Below are positions 36,892-46,520 of a stretch of 64,000 nucleotides of DNA, piece after piece. The DNA comes from an uncultured Planctomycetales bacterium. GTDB lineage: Bacteria; Omnitrophota; Gorgyraeia; Zapsychrales; JBDRMG01. Under the pieces are notes generated by a model. That model made no database searches, was not told the DNA's origin, and saw only the letters and a list, made by a program, of their open reading frames with translations. Location of the stretch: contig CAYZIY010000003.1 of NCBI GenBank assembly GCA_964478715.1, positions 6,669 through 70,668 of the forward strand, read 5' to 3'. The translations under genes and the position numbers were made by a program. Every line of letters starts with the position of its first letter. The first letter of the stretch is position 1.

Positions 36892-37617
36892 ATGAAATTA
36901 TTCGGTAAAAATCCAGTTGCGCAGCGTTTAAAAAGCAACCCACAAAGCATTAAAAAAATCTATGTTCAGGAAGGTTTTAATGAATATGCTTATGTGGCCA
37001 AGAAGGCGCGTAAGTGGTCTTTGCCGCTTTATACGGTGACTCGCTCCAAAATGGCGAAAATCGCTCGCAGTCTCAATACTCAGGGAATTCTAGCCGAAGT
37101 GGAAAGTTTCTCTTATGTTCCTTATGAAGATTTGTTCCCAGGGGTTGTAAAGAAGAAAGAGACTCTAGTGTTTTTAGATAATCTGAATGATCCTCAGAAT
37201 TTCGGAGCGATTATTCGCAGCCTGGCCTGTTTGGGCGGATTTGTTCTTGTCATTCCCCGTCATCATTCGGTTGAAGTGACCGAAGCCGTTTTGCGGATTG
37301 CATCCGGCGGTGAGAGTTTTGTTCCCGTTACAAAAGTTTCTAATTTAAACCAGGCTGTTGGCTTGGCGAGAGAAGCCGGCTATTGGATTGCCGGAACTGT
37401 TGTTGAGGGCGGAGAGGATTTGACCGAGAAGGAGCTTGTTTTTCCTCTTGCGCTGGTTATTGGGTCCGAACACAAAGGAATTCGGCCAGTTTTAAAAAAG
37501 TCGTGCGATGTACTTTTATCTTTGCCCATTAAAGAGCCGCGTTTGTCTTTGAATGTCGCTTCGGCTACAACGATCTTTTGCTATGAAATTAGTAAACAAA
37601 AGAAAAAAAATATCTAA
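36892..37617 (+). CDS. rlmB: SpoU/TrmH-family RNA 2'-O-methyltransferase (RlmB-like)
   Basis: DPQNFGAIIRSLACLGG...ALVIGSEHKGIRP...LSLPI...LNVASATTIFCYEI (SPOUT knot motifs). Confidence 0.75.
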   Translation: MKLFGKNPVAQRLKSNPQSIKKIYVQEGFNEYAYVAKKARKWSLPLYTVTRSKMAKIARSLNTQGILAEVESFSYVPYEDLFPGVVKKKETLVFLDNLNDPQNFGAIIRSLACLGGFVLVIPRHHSVEVTEAVLRIASGGESFVPVTKVSNLNQAVGLAREAGYWIAGTVVEGGEDLTEKELVFPLALVIGSEHKGIRPVLKKSCDVLLSLPIKEPRLSLNVASATTIFCYEISKQKKKNI

Positions 37618-38203
37618 AAAAAAGGCGGTTGCCTCAGCGGCAGCAATCAATTTTTTCGCTGAATCCGGTTTACTTAAAAGGGTCAAAAGAAGCGGCTGGT
37701 GGGTGGCCGGTATCAAAGATCCGGAATCCGTGGCTGAGCATTCATTTCGAACAGCGGTGATCGGTTATTATCTGGCCCATCTGGAAAAAGCGGATCCCTA
37801 TCCTGTTATCGTCATGGCCCTCTTTAATGATATCCATGAAGCCCGCATCAATGATCTGCATAAAATGGGACATTCTTATATTGATTTCAAGCAAGCCGAA
37901 AAAAAAGTCTTTCGGGAGCAGATTCACAATCTTAAAGATTCGGTTAAAGAAGAACTTTTCGCACTAAGAAGTTGCTACGATGAACAATGCACGAAGGAAG
38001 CTCTGATTGCGCGTGATGCGGATATTCTGGAATGCCTGTTTCAGGCCAGGGAATATCTTGACAGCGGATATCTTGAAGCCAGGAGTTTCTTTAAGCGAGC
38101 ACCTTCTTATCTAAAAACAAAAAGCGCAAAAAAATTCTGGAAACAGATCAAAAACTGGAATAGTCATGATTGGTGGAAAGATATTGTTAAATTCGAGCGC
38201 TGA
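37583..38203 (+). CDS. HD-domain phosphohydrolase (YfbR/HDDC2-like 5'-deoxynucleotidase family)
   Basis: RSGWWVAGIKDPESVAEHSFRTAVIGYYLAH...LFNDIHEARINDL matches the YfbR-like HD family. Start chosen at MKLVNKRKK (the track start overlaps rlmB). Confidence 0.6.
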   Translation: MKLVNKRKKISKKKAVASAAAINFFAESGLLKRVKRSGWWVAGIKDPESVAEHSFRTAVIGYYLAHLEKADPYPVIVMALFNDIHEARINDLHKMGHSYIDFKQAEKKVFREQIHNLKDSVKEELFALRSCYDEQCTKEALIARDADILECLFQAREYLDSGYLEARSFFKRAPSYLKTKSAKKFWKQIKNWNSHDWWKDIVKFER

Positions 38204-38993
38204 AAGAACCATTTTCTTCCCGAGATTATTGGGGCTGTTTTGTTGTCTATCGTTGATTTATTTTATTAGCGGATGCGCCAGATTGGGAGCGTATAATCCA
38301 GCTACGGGCCGGCGGGAATTTATTGCCATTTCGACGCAGACTGAAATTGCCTTAGGAGAAGATCTTCACCTAAAAATTATCGATAAAGAACAGCTCTCTA
38401 AAAATCCGGTTAAACAAAATCGTTTAGAGCGTGTCGGCCAGCGGCTGGCGGCTGTTTCTGATCGTCAGGATTATGATTACCATTTCTATGTGATCAATCA
38501 GGAAGAAATGAATGCCTATACGATTCCGGGTGGACATATTTATGTGTATTCCGGCCTGATGAACCAGTTGGAAAAGGATGAGGAGCTTGCGGCTGTAGTC
38601 GCTCATGAAATCGGTCATTGTGCGGCCAAGCATACGGCCAAGCGTTTCCAGGCTGCTTTGGGATACAGTCTGATCAGCGCGATTGTTTTCAGTCAGGTGG
38701 ATGTGGATGATCGCACCCGAGCGACCGTTTCGATTGCATCCAATACGGCCGTTCAGCTGGCTACCCTTGCTTACTCCCGCCAGGATGAATATGAGGCCGA
38801 TCGTTTGGCCGTTAAATATATGTACTTGGCAGGCTATGATTTAGATGGTATGATAAAAACATTGGAGTTTCTCAAGCAGGAATCCAGGGGGCCGCGTGTT
38901 CCTTTAATTTTAAGAACACATCCGTATATTGAAGATCGTTTGAAGGCGGTCTATCAGGAGGTAAATTTGGCTCCTGAGAAATACAGTCTGTGA
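38166..38993 (+). CDS. M48-family zinc metallopeptidase lipoprotein (BepA/Ste24-like)
   Basis: Lipobox LIYFISGCARL. HEIGHCAAKH (HExxH). Downstream E...D ligand region. Confidence 0.75.
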   Translation: MIGGKILLNSSAERTIFFPRLLGLFCCLSLIYFISGCARLGAYNPATGRREFIAISTQTEIALGEDLHLKIIDKEQLSKNPVKQNRLERVGQRLAAVSDRQDYDYHFYVINQEEMNAYTIPGGHIYVYSGLMNQLEKDEELAAVVAHEIGHCAAKHTAKRFQAALGYSLISAIVFSQVDVDDRTRATVSIASNTAVQLATLAYSRQDEYEADRLAVKYMYLAGYDLDGMIKTLEFLKQESRGPRVPLILRTHPYIEDRLKAVYQEVNLAPEKYSL

Positions 38994-39298
38994 GAGGTTT
39001 CTTTATGGAACGGATCGGCATTGTTGCCAGTAAAATCGCTAGGGGAAACTTATTTTTATACAATCTCTTTGTTGTCTTGCTGATTCTTCTTTTTTCTGTT
39101 CTGGTATTTCTCATTTGTGCCGCTGCTTTGCTTTTAATTTTTATCATTGTTGACTACCTTCAAAGAGTGCAAATTAGCCCCGAGCTTTATCAGGGATGGA
39201 TTCCGTTTATTATTGGATGGTTTTCGAGCTTAGGCCTGATTATTGCCGTTTTTGCTTTATTCGCTCTGCTTAAAAATATCAAATTCAAGAAGAAATAG
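38990..39298 (+). CDS. small two-TM membrane protein
   Basis: 102 aa hydrophobic ORF, overlapping its neighbours by ATGA. Confidence 0.3.
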   Translation: MRGFFMERIGIVASKIARGNLFLYNLFVVLLILLFSVLVFLICAAALLLIFIIVDYLQRVQISPELYQGWIPFIIGWFSSLGLIIAVFALFALLKNIKFKKK

Positions 39299-39305
39299 AA
39301 TTTCG

Positions 39306-41606
39306 ATGACACCTGCAGCTATATCTGACCAACGAGAGATTCTTGAGAATCTACCCGTTGGAGTTTTTCGTCAAACGCCTACTACTAAGGGGCGTTTTCT
39401 TTTTATCAATGACACATTAGCGCAAATGCTTGAAGGCCATCAATCTGAAATTGCAAAATATAAACCCGCTCAATTATTTTTGCAGAAACAAAAATATCAG
39501 CGACTGATCACCGCCGTTAAAAGCAAAGGTCTTATTAAAAATAAAGAAATGACACTCAAGACCTGCCAGGATAAAGAGATGGATTGCCGGATAACGGGAC
39601 AGGCGATCAAAGGCGTCCGGGGTAAAATCGAGGCGATTGATTTTGTGATCGAAAATATAACCGTTGTTAAGCGCGTCCAGAGAGATTTACTCGAATCAAG
39701 AGAACTCTTTAGAGTAGTTTTCGACAATTCAGCGATCGCCATAACGGTCGTCGATAAGAGCGAAAAGATTATCGCCTGGAATCCTTTTGCCGAAAAGCTG
39801 CTCAAAATGAACAAAGAGGATCTTTTTAATAAGAATGTTAAAGATTTTTACCCTCTTTCGGAATGGCGCCGTATTCGGTCTCAAAGAGTGCGGCAGAAAG
39901 GCGTCCTTGAAGATTTAGAAACAAAAGTGATTCTTAAAAACGGCAAGTTGATCGATGTGGCTCTTTCTATATCGGTCTTAAAAGATGCAGAAGGCAAAGT
40001 AATTGGGGCGATCGGCATTATGAGCGATATTACCAAAAGAAAGATCGCCGAGAAGAAGCTCAAAGACAGCGAGAACAAAATTCGAGTTATTCTCAATAAT
40101 TCAGCGGCGGCCATGACGCTTCTGGATGACAAAGAACGGTTGATTTCCTGGAATAAATACACAGAGCAGCTTTTGGGGATGACTCAGAAGGAATTGTATT
40201 TAAAGCCGGTGAGCAGAATTTATCCTAAAGATGAGTGGGAGAAGATTCGCTCCTTCAATATAAGGGAATCAGGTTCCAAGCATCATATTGAGACGAGAAT
40301 CATCAGGAAAGACAACGCGATTATCGATGTCGATCTCTCCGTGAATGTGCTTAAAGACAGTGAAAGCAGGATTATTGGTTCTGTGGGTATCATGCAGGAT
40401 ATTTCGGAAAGAAAAAAAGTTGAGCAAGAATTGATTCAGGCTAAAATTGTAGCCGAAGAAGCTAATCAAGCCAAGAGCCTTTTTTTGGCCAATGTTTCTC
40501 ATGAGGTTCGCACACCCATGAATGCTATTTTGGGTATGGTTGACATGACATTAGATACGCAATTAACAAGCGAACAGAAAGAGAATTTGCAGACGGTTAA
40601 GGATGCGGCGGATAATCTTTTGGGATTAATCAATGATATCTTGGATTTATCCCGAATTGAGGCTGGTAAGACCAGGTTGGAGATTATTCCTTTCGAGATC
40701 GAAGAGGTCGTTAAAAGTGTATGTCGGGGTCTGCATGTTTTAGCCCGCAATAAAAATCTGGAGCTTGTTTGGGAGATTGATCCCGAAATTCCTCACACTA
40801 TTTTGGGAGATCCAACCCGAATCCGTCAGATCATCATTAATTTGGTCAATAATGCGATCAAGTTTACCAGTAAGGGCCAGATTCAGGTTCGTGTGGAATG
40901 GGAAAGAAATATAGAGAAACAATGCTGCCTGAATTTTTCAGTAAAAGATCAGGGTATCGGGATCCCTGCGGATAAATGTGCCGAAATATTTGACGCTTTT
41001 GTACAGGCCGATGATTCGATCACCAGGCGTTATGGCGGGACCGGTTTGGGTTTGGCCATCTCAAAAAGACTGGTAGAAATGATGGGAGGAACTATTTGGG
41101 TCGAGAGCCGGGAATCTCAAGGTAGCACATTTTCTTTTACCGCCTATTTCGATATTGTCGATAAGCCCGATCAGGCTTTGCCAAAAAGGAAGACGACCTT
41201 GATTATTCCTGAGGCCGATGATGATCTTACGGCTCTTAAAGTCCTTTTGGCTGAAGATAATCTTGTGAATCAAAAAATCATATCCAAGATGTTGGGCAAG
41301 CGTGGTTGGGATGTGATCCAGGTAGAAAACGGCCAAGAGGTTTTGGGGATTATTTCCAAAGAGGACGTGGATCTGATTCTTATGGATGTCCAGATGCCGG
41401 TCATGGACGGGCTGGAGGCGACACGCTTGATCAGGCAAGGCGAAAAGCAAACTGGGAAACATATCGCGATTGTGGCTCTGACCGCCCGGGCGATGGATGA
41501 AGATAAAAAGAAATGTCTTGATATCGGAATGGATGGCTATGTCTCTAAGCCGGTGGATCGAATGAAACTATTTGAAACCATTAAACAGGTGTTAAAGAAA
41601 GGATGA
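39306..41606 (+). CDS. hybrid sensor histidine kinase (multiple PAS - HisKA - HATPase - receiver)
   Basis: Three PAS-like segments (ITKRKIAEKKL / ISERKKVEQEL linkers). H-box ANVSHEVRTPMNAILG. N/G boxes. C-terminal receiver LLAEDNLVNQK...DLILMDVQMPVMDG...ALTA. Confidence 0.8.
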   Translation: MTPAAISDQREILENLPVGVFRQTPTTKGRFLFINDTLAQMLEGHQSEIAKYKPAQLFLQKQKYQRLITAVKSKGLIKNKEMTLKTCQDKEMDCRITGQAIKGVRGKIEAIDFVIENITVVKRVQRDLLESRELFRVVFDNSAIAITVVDKSEKIIAWNPFAEKLLKMNKEDLFNKNVKDFYPLSEWRRIRSQRVRQKGVLEDLETKVILKNGKLIDVALSISVLKDAEGKVIGAIGIMSDITKRKIAEKKLKDSENKIRVILNNSAAAMTLLDDKERLISWNKYTEQLLGMTQKELYLKPVSRIYPKDEWEKIRSFNIRESGSKHHIETRIIRKDNAIIDVDLSVNVLKDSESRIIGSVGIMQDISERKKVEQELIQAKIVAEEANQAKSLFLANVSHEVRTPMNAILGMVDMTLDTQLTSEQKENLQTVKDAADNLLGLINDILDLSRIEAGKTRLEIIPFEIEEVVKSVCRGLHVLARNKNLELVWEIDPEIPHTILGDPTRIRQIIINLVNNAIKFTSKGQIQVRVEWERNIEKQCCLNFSVKDQGIGIPADKCAEIFDAFVQADDSITRRYGGTGLGLAISKRLVEMMGGTIWVESRESQGSTFSFTAYFDIVDKPDQALPKRKTTLIIPEADDDLTALKVLLAEDNLVNQKIISKMLGKRGWDVIQVENGQEVLGIISKEDVDLILMDVQMPVMDGLEATRLIRQGEKQTGKHIAIVALTARAMDEDKKKCLDIGMDGYVSKPVDRMKLFETIKQVLKKG

Positions 41607-41610
41607 ACAG

Positions 41611-41955
41611 ATGCCGGATATTATTGATCTGAATGAGGTCATGGATCGGGTGGAAGGAGATAAGGACTTATTGATCGAGCTGATCGAGATATTTTTAAGC
41701 GATTATCCGATTCGGATGGACAACCTGAGGAAGGCTGAGCAAGAGAATAATATTGACGAAATCAAAAATGTCGCCCACTCTCTGAAAGGGGCTTCGGCCA
41801 ATATTTCCGCCAAGCCTATTTCGCAAATATTTTTGGAAATCGAGACCAAGGCCAAAGAGGGCCAGTCGATAGACATGATGTCCTGTGATCAGAGGCTGGA
41901 ATCATTGATGAATGAGCTTAAGGCCTATTTGGAAAATTTGAAAAACCAGAGCTAA
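41611..41955 (+). CDS. Hpt (histidine phosphotransfer) domain protein
   Basis: 114 aa with HSLKGASANISA. Follows the hybrid kinase after a 4-nt gap. Confidence 0.7.
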   Translation: MPDIIDLNEVMDRVEGDKDLLIELIEIFLSDYPIRMDNLRKAEQENNIDEIKNVAHSLKGASANISAKPISQIFLEIETKAKEGQSIDMMSCDQRLESLMNELKAYLENLKNQS

Positions 41956-42013
41956 TCCTTCAAGCTTAAATTAGACGGTTTATTTGAAGCATCTCCTCAT
42001 CGATTAACTTTCC

Positions 42014-44023
42014 ATGAATATTTCCAGAATAAAAATGATTCGTTTTCTTCTTCTGTTGGGTATTTTGGGGCTGCTCCTTTACAGTATGAGCATGCAGGCG
42101 GGATTCCAGTATGACGATTACAAGATGCTTGTCAACAATCCCTTTCTCAGGCAGACGAAAGATATCTTTTTAATTTGGAAATTTGATCCCACCCGTTTTC
42201 TGGCACATTACTCTTTTGCTTTCAACAGTACTTTAGCAAAAGATGATCTTTTCAGTTATCATTTGATCAATGTTCTATTACATATAGCTACAACATGGGC
42301 GTCGTTTTTTTTCTTAAGACAACTCTTTTCATTTTGCCAAGAAGATCAACATAAAGGAAATAAAAGCCTCTGGATCATATTTTTCTCTTGCTGTCTTTTT
42401 TTATGTCACCCTTTGCAAACGGAGGCAGTGACTTACATTGTCCAAAGATCGACGGTGCTGGTGGCCCTGTTCGTTTTCCTTTCACTGACAAACTATCTTC
42501 TTTATCGACAGCTTCGTAGAAAATTCCATTATGTTTTAAGTCTTTTTTTTGCATTCTTGGGGACGATGGCTAAGCCGAACATTATTATTCTTCCGATTTT
42601 GATCCTCCTTATTGAAAGCATGGCTTCCTCTCAAAAAAGGCGAGACGTTAAAGAAACACTGCGCGAGGTTTTACCATATTTTTTGGTTATTATTTTGGTT
42701 GCGGGTTATATTCTCATTTGGCGCTATGGGTCTTTGCAGATCCAAGGGATCTTTGATGTGACCCGCGAAACGGATAAAATCGGCCGATTTGAATATTTTC
42801 TTACACAGCTGACCGTTGTCGTCCGCTATATTGGCCTTATGTTTTTGCCCATCAGTCAAAATCTCGATTACGATATTGCCATCATGAGAAATCCTTTCGC
42901 TGTTGAAGTTTTCTTTAGTTTTATCATTTTGTCAGCGATTTTGATCTGGGCTTTACGGATGAAGAAGAACCAGCCGCTTATTTATTTTTCCTGCTTATGG
43001 TTTTTTATTACCTTGATTCCCGAATCAAGTATTTTTCCGTTATCGGATGTCATGTTTGAACATCGTCTGTATTTGCCGCTCTTTGGTTTTACGCTGCTTA
43101 TTTCTTATGCGATAATTCAATGCATTGACAAAAAGCGATTATTTATCATTGTCCTTAGTGTGATTGTTGCTTTTTTCTCTTTTTTGACGGTTAAGCGAAA
43201 TTTTCTTTGGGCTGATCAGAGGGCCTTGCTTGAAGATACACTTGAAAAATCTCCGCAGAAGGCCAGGCCCTACAATAATCTTGGTGATTATTATTTTCAG
43301 CGGGGACATTTTGAGATTGCCGAACAATTTATCAGAGACGGCATTTTAAAAGAGCCGGATGAGGCCGGTTTCTATTATAATTTGGGTGTTGTTTTACAGA
43401 ATCAGGGTCGTTGGCAAGAGGCCAAAGAATATTACCGCAAGGCCATTGATATGGACCCGTTTCGCATTACGCCTTATTGTTATTTAAATATGGGAAATTT
43501 GTTCTTGATTGAGAATAATCTCGACAAAGCCCAGCAATATTGGCAAAGTGCCGCTAATTTGTATCCGCGCTTCTTTGAGGCCTATATCAATCTGGGTAAT
43601 CTCTATGTTAAGAAGGAGAATTATGAGCAGGCCCTACAGATGTATCAAAAGGCTCTGGAAATATTTCCTGTCGAACTTGATGCGCTCAATGGACTGGCTT
43701 CGAGCTTGGTCTTGATGGAGGATTATAGGCAGGCGCATCTATGGTATGAAAAAATACTAGAAATGTATCCGGATAATATTATGGTCTATAATAACTTAGG
43801 GAATTTATATGTTCGCATGGGAGAACTAGAAAAAGCAGAGGAAGTTTTACTAAAAGCCATCAATCTAAAAGAAGACCACATTCCAAGTTATGAAAATTTG
43901 GCTAATGTTTATCGGGGTCTTAAAAAACCGGAAAAAGCCCGGCGGGCTTTAAAGCAGGCTGCGAGGATTTGCGAAGAAAACAATCGCCCAAAAGAGGTAG
44001 AGAGAATACGGAAAAGGCTGTAG
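42014..44023 (+). CDS. TMTC-like protein, paralog 2 (DUF1736/GT-C membrane domain + TPR array)
   Basis: FQYDDYKMLVNNP and LCHPLQTEAVTYIVQRSTVLVALFVFLSL parallel the 29050 gene. C-terminal TPRs (YNNLGDYYFQRG, YYNLGVVLQNQG, YINLGNLYVKKE...). Confidence 0.65.
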   Translation: MNISRIKMIRFLLLLGILGLLLYSMSMQAGFQYDDYKMLVNNPFLRQTKDIFLIWKFDPTRFLAHYSFAFNSTLAKDDLFSYHLINVLLHIATTWASFFFLRQLFSFCQEDQHKGNKSLWIIFFSCCLFLCHPLQTEAVTYIVQRSTVLVALFVFLSLTNYLLYRQLRRKFHYVLSLFFAFLGTMAKPNIIILPILILLIESMASSQKRRDVKETLREVLPYFLVIILVAGYILIWRYGSLQIQGIFDVTRETDKIGRFEYFLTQLTVVVRYIGLMFLPISQNLDYDIAIMRNPFAVEVFFSFIILSAILIWALRMKKNQPLIYFSCLWFFITLIPESSIFPLSDVMFEHRLYLPLFGFTLLISYAIIQCIDKKRLFIIVLSVIVAFFSFLTVKRNFLWADQRALLEDTLEKSPQKARPYNNLGDYYFQRGHFEIAEQFIRDGILKEPDEAGFYYNLGVVLQNQGRWQEAKEYYRKAIDMDPFRITPYCYLNMGNLFLIENNLDKAQQYWQSAANLYPRFFEAYINLGNLYVKKENYEQALQMYQKALEIFPVELDALNGLASSLVLMEDYRQAHLWYEKILEMYPDNIMVYNNLGNLYVRMGELEKAEEVLLKAINLKEDHIPSYENLANVYRGLKKPEKARRALKQAARICEENNRPKEVERIRKRL

Positions 44024-44027
44024 TTGT

Positions 44028-45044
44028 TTGCCAATGGTTAAGAAAATACTTATCGGCTTATTTATTATTATCATCGCACTCTATATAGGAATCTCTTCGA
44101 TTCTTAATGGCAAGGATGCGACCGCGTTTTTGGTCAAGACACTTATCGAAAGGGCGAATCACAATATTGACATCAAGGACATTTCTATCGGAGAACAATC
44201 CTTTAATGGTTTTGCGGACGTCTCGGGTAAAGATTTCCAAATGTCATTTTCTTATCTGGATCAAAGAGTTCGCATTGGGATCAAGAAATTTGATGTTAAT
44301 AATATCTTTAATTTTGTGTTTGCTCAGGATTCTTTGAATGTGCTTTTGCGGGAAGCCGTTGTGCAGCATCCTTACGGAACGATGCAAAAAATCAATATCG
44401 ATTTGTTTTTTAGTCAAGGATCTCAGAATTTTCTTCAGGGTTTGCTTGGGGTCAAAAGAATGGAATTTTTTGGGCTTAAAGGGGAAAACCTTCAGGCAAC
44501 ATTTCAGATCAATCGACAGGGTTTAGCCAGCAGTCGTTTTTCGATTGATACTTATCGGGGATGGCTATCCGGTGACGCGTCGGCTCAATTGAGAGATCCG
44601 TTTGTTTATCAAGTCGATATGGATATAGGCCATGTCAATCTGAGGCTACTGGAAGATATCGATAGCTCTCTCAATAATTATATCAAAGGAGCTATCACGG
44701 GCTCTGTTTTTCTCAAGGCAGAAAATAATACCATTGACAATCTAATGCTCGACTTGCATACTGTTTCTGATGCTTCGATAAAAGCCGGATTGCTTGCTTT
44801 GTTGCTAGCGCAGATTCCCGATCAGTTAAAAAGTGAAGAATTAAAGATCTTGATTAGAAATAATGGAGATCTCCCTTTGGATCGGGCTAGCCTGGAACTT
44901 GAGAATTTCAGCGTAGATCAAGCTACATTGAGATTGGATTTATTGAGCAAAAAATATTATTTGAATTCCCAATTGACTATCGATTTACGCTTGGGGGATG
45001 AGTTTACTAATGCATTTCAATCACTGAGAGGGATTCTGCAGTAA
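44028..45044 (+). CDS. N-terminally anchored hypothetical protein, candidate short YdbH/AsmA-like protein
   Basis: Single N-terminal TM (ILIGLFIIIIALYIGI), then a predicted beta-rich domain. Assigned by position upstream of the YnbE-like and YdbL-like genes. Confidence 0.3.
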   Translation: MPMVKKILIGLFIIIIALYIGISSILNGKDATAFLVKTLIERANHNIDIKDISIGEQSFNGFADVSGKDFQMSFSYLDQRVRIGIKKFDVNNIFNFVFAQDSLNVLLREAVVQHPYGTMQKINIDLFFSQGSQNFLQGLLGVKRMEFFGLKGENLQATFQINRQGLASSRFSIDTYRGWLSGDASAQLRDPFVYQVDMDIGHVNLRLLEDIDSSLNNYIKGAITGSVFLKAENNTIDNLMLDLHTVSDASIKAGLLALLLAQIPDQLKSEELKILIRNNGDLPLDRASLELENFSVDQATLRLDLLSKKYYLNSQLTIDLRLGDEFTNAFQSLRGILQ

Positions 45045-45052
45045 AAGGAGGT

Positions 45053-45298
45053 TTGGCGATGTGTTCGAGTAGGCTATTAAAAAGAAGTTTTTGCACGATA
45101 TTTTTGTGCGTTATGTCAAGCGGATGCACAGTAAAGGCTGTTGGTGATCCGGAAAGACCCATTACGATTCGGGCGCATATCACTGTCGATATAAAAGAGC
45201 TAAAAAGTACGGCTACAGACATAGAAGATTTTGTCAGCGGAAAGAAAGATGAAAAGGCACTTCCCCTAGAAGAGAAAAAAGGAGGTCAAAATGAATAA
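45053..45298 (+). CDS. YnbE-like small lipoprotein
   Basis: Lipobox VMSSGC. ERPITIRAHITVDIKEL resembles the YnbE family PITINMNVKI..HEI core. Confidence 0.45.
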   Translation: MAMCSSRLLKRSFCTIFLCVMSSGCTVKAVGDPERPITIRAHITVDIKELKSTATDIEDFVSGKKDEKALPLEEKKGGQNE

Positions 45299-45704
45299 AA
45301 AAGGATTTGTTTTGATGATAATTGTTTTGATAAGCTGTGTGTCTTTGAGTATGCAGGCTTGGGGAAAGACCGACTATACGATCAAAGAAATGACTCCGGA
45401 GATTGAGCAGGCCCTGGAAAACAGAAGAGAGCGCTATGATAGCGTTCGCTCTTTGAAAAACCGTGGATTGATTGGAGAGAATAACCGCGGGTATCTGGAG
45501 ACTCTCTCCAATATCCAAGAAGGTCAGGCTGTTGTTGAGGATGAAAATCAAGATCGACGGACGATCTATCTAGCTATTGCCCGGCAAAATGCATTGGAAG
45601 GTTCTTTGAATATCATCGAAAATACTTTTGCTGAAGTCAAAAGAGATCAGGCCCAAGAAGGAGACTGGATTCAGGCCCCGGACGGTCAATGGATTAAAAA
45701 ATAG
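45291..45704 (+). CDS. YdbL-like (DUF1318) periplasmic protein
   Basis: Signal peptide. GLIGENNRGYLE ... RRTIYLAIARQNA ... GDWIQAPDGQWIKK matches the YdbL/DUF1318 pattern. Confidence 0.45.
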   Translation: MNKKGFVLMIIVLISCVSLSMQAWGKTDYTIKEMTPEIEQALENRRERYDSVRSLKNRGLIGENNRGYLETLSNIQEGQAVVEDENQDRRTIYLAIARQNALEGSLNIIENTFAEVKRDQAQEGDWIQAPDGQWIKK

Positions 45705-45802
45705 TTTGATTGATGCCAGATATTCTTATTTTGAGTGAAAGGATTTTTTAGTGACTCATGTTAAAAAAATAAGCAATAATTAAATATCATTTTCAATGCC
45801 TT

Positions 45803-46486
45803 ATGCCTACTTTTAATCTTGTAGCTTCGATGTTTTCTTTTTTGATTGTCGGGATTATTGTTTTCTTGTTGTTTTGGCCCGAGGAATCGAGAAAAAAAAT
45901 AAAGAATACAGTTCAAAGAAAGAAAACGATTCAGCCTTTTGGCAAAGACTGGAAGAAGGTGGCCTTAAGACTGGAGCGTTATACCTATTCATTGAAGAAA
46001 CAGATTGAAATGGTTGAGAACGAAAACAAAAAGGTTTTGCGTGAGATAGCCGTCGAAAAATTAAGAAATCAGAAACTCAAGGACCGCCTCAAGCAGGAAA
46101 AACAATGGTTGACCAAGGATAAGGAGACATTGAACCGCCTTGGTCAGGAGATGCACCAGATGAAAGCAGATCTCCATAAGGCTCAGCAGGAGAGGGAGAA
46201 TGAGTTTGGTTACCGCTTAAAGCTGGAACGCCAGAACAAGGAAGGTCGGGATCAGTTGAAAAAGCTACAACTTGAAAACCGTCGTCTTGTGGTAAAAATG
46301 ATGAAAGAGGAAGCCCAGAACAAGGAGCGGGAACAGGAAGCGGTTGAGCTGAGACGGGTCAATCGAGAACTTGAAAAAGAAAGCGAGGAGGCGACCTTCG
46401 TAGCCAAAAGCGAATATGAAAATATGAAGAAACAATTAGAAGCCAAAGAGAAGGAGCTTGAGCGCATTCTTAGAGAGAAGAGATAG
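45803..46486 (+). CDS. membrane-anchored coiled-coil protein
   Basis: N-terminal TM, then ~190 aa of K/E/Q/R-rich heptad-like sequence. Confidence 0.4.
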   Translation: MPTFNLVASMFSFLIVGIIVFLLFWPEESRKKIKNTVQRKKTIQPFGKDWKKVALRLERYTYSLKKQIEMVENENKKVLREIAVEKLRNQKLKDRLKQEKQWLTKDKETLNRLGQEMHQMKADLHKAQQERENEFGYRLKLERQNKEGRDQLKKLQLENRRLVVKMMKEEAQNKEREQEAVELRRVNRELEKESEEATFVAKSEYENMKKQLEAKEKELERILREKR

Positions 46487-46520
46487 TAGTTGGCATTACC
46501 AAAATTCAAGTCCGATTTGC

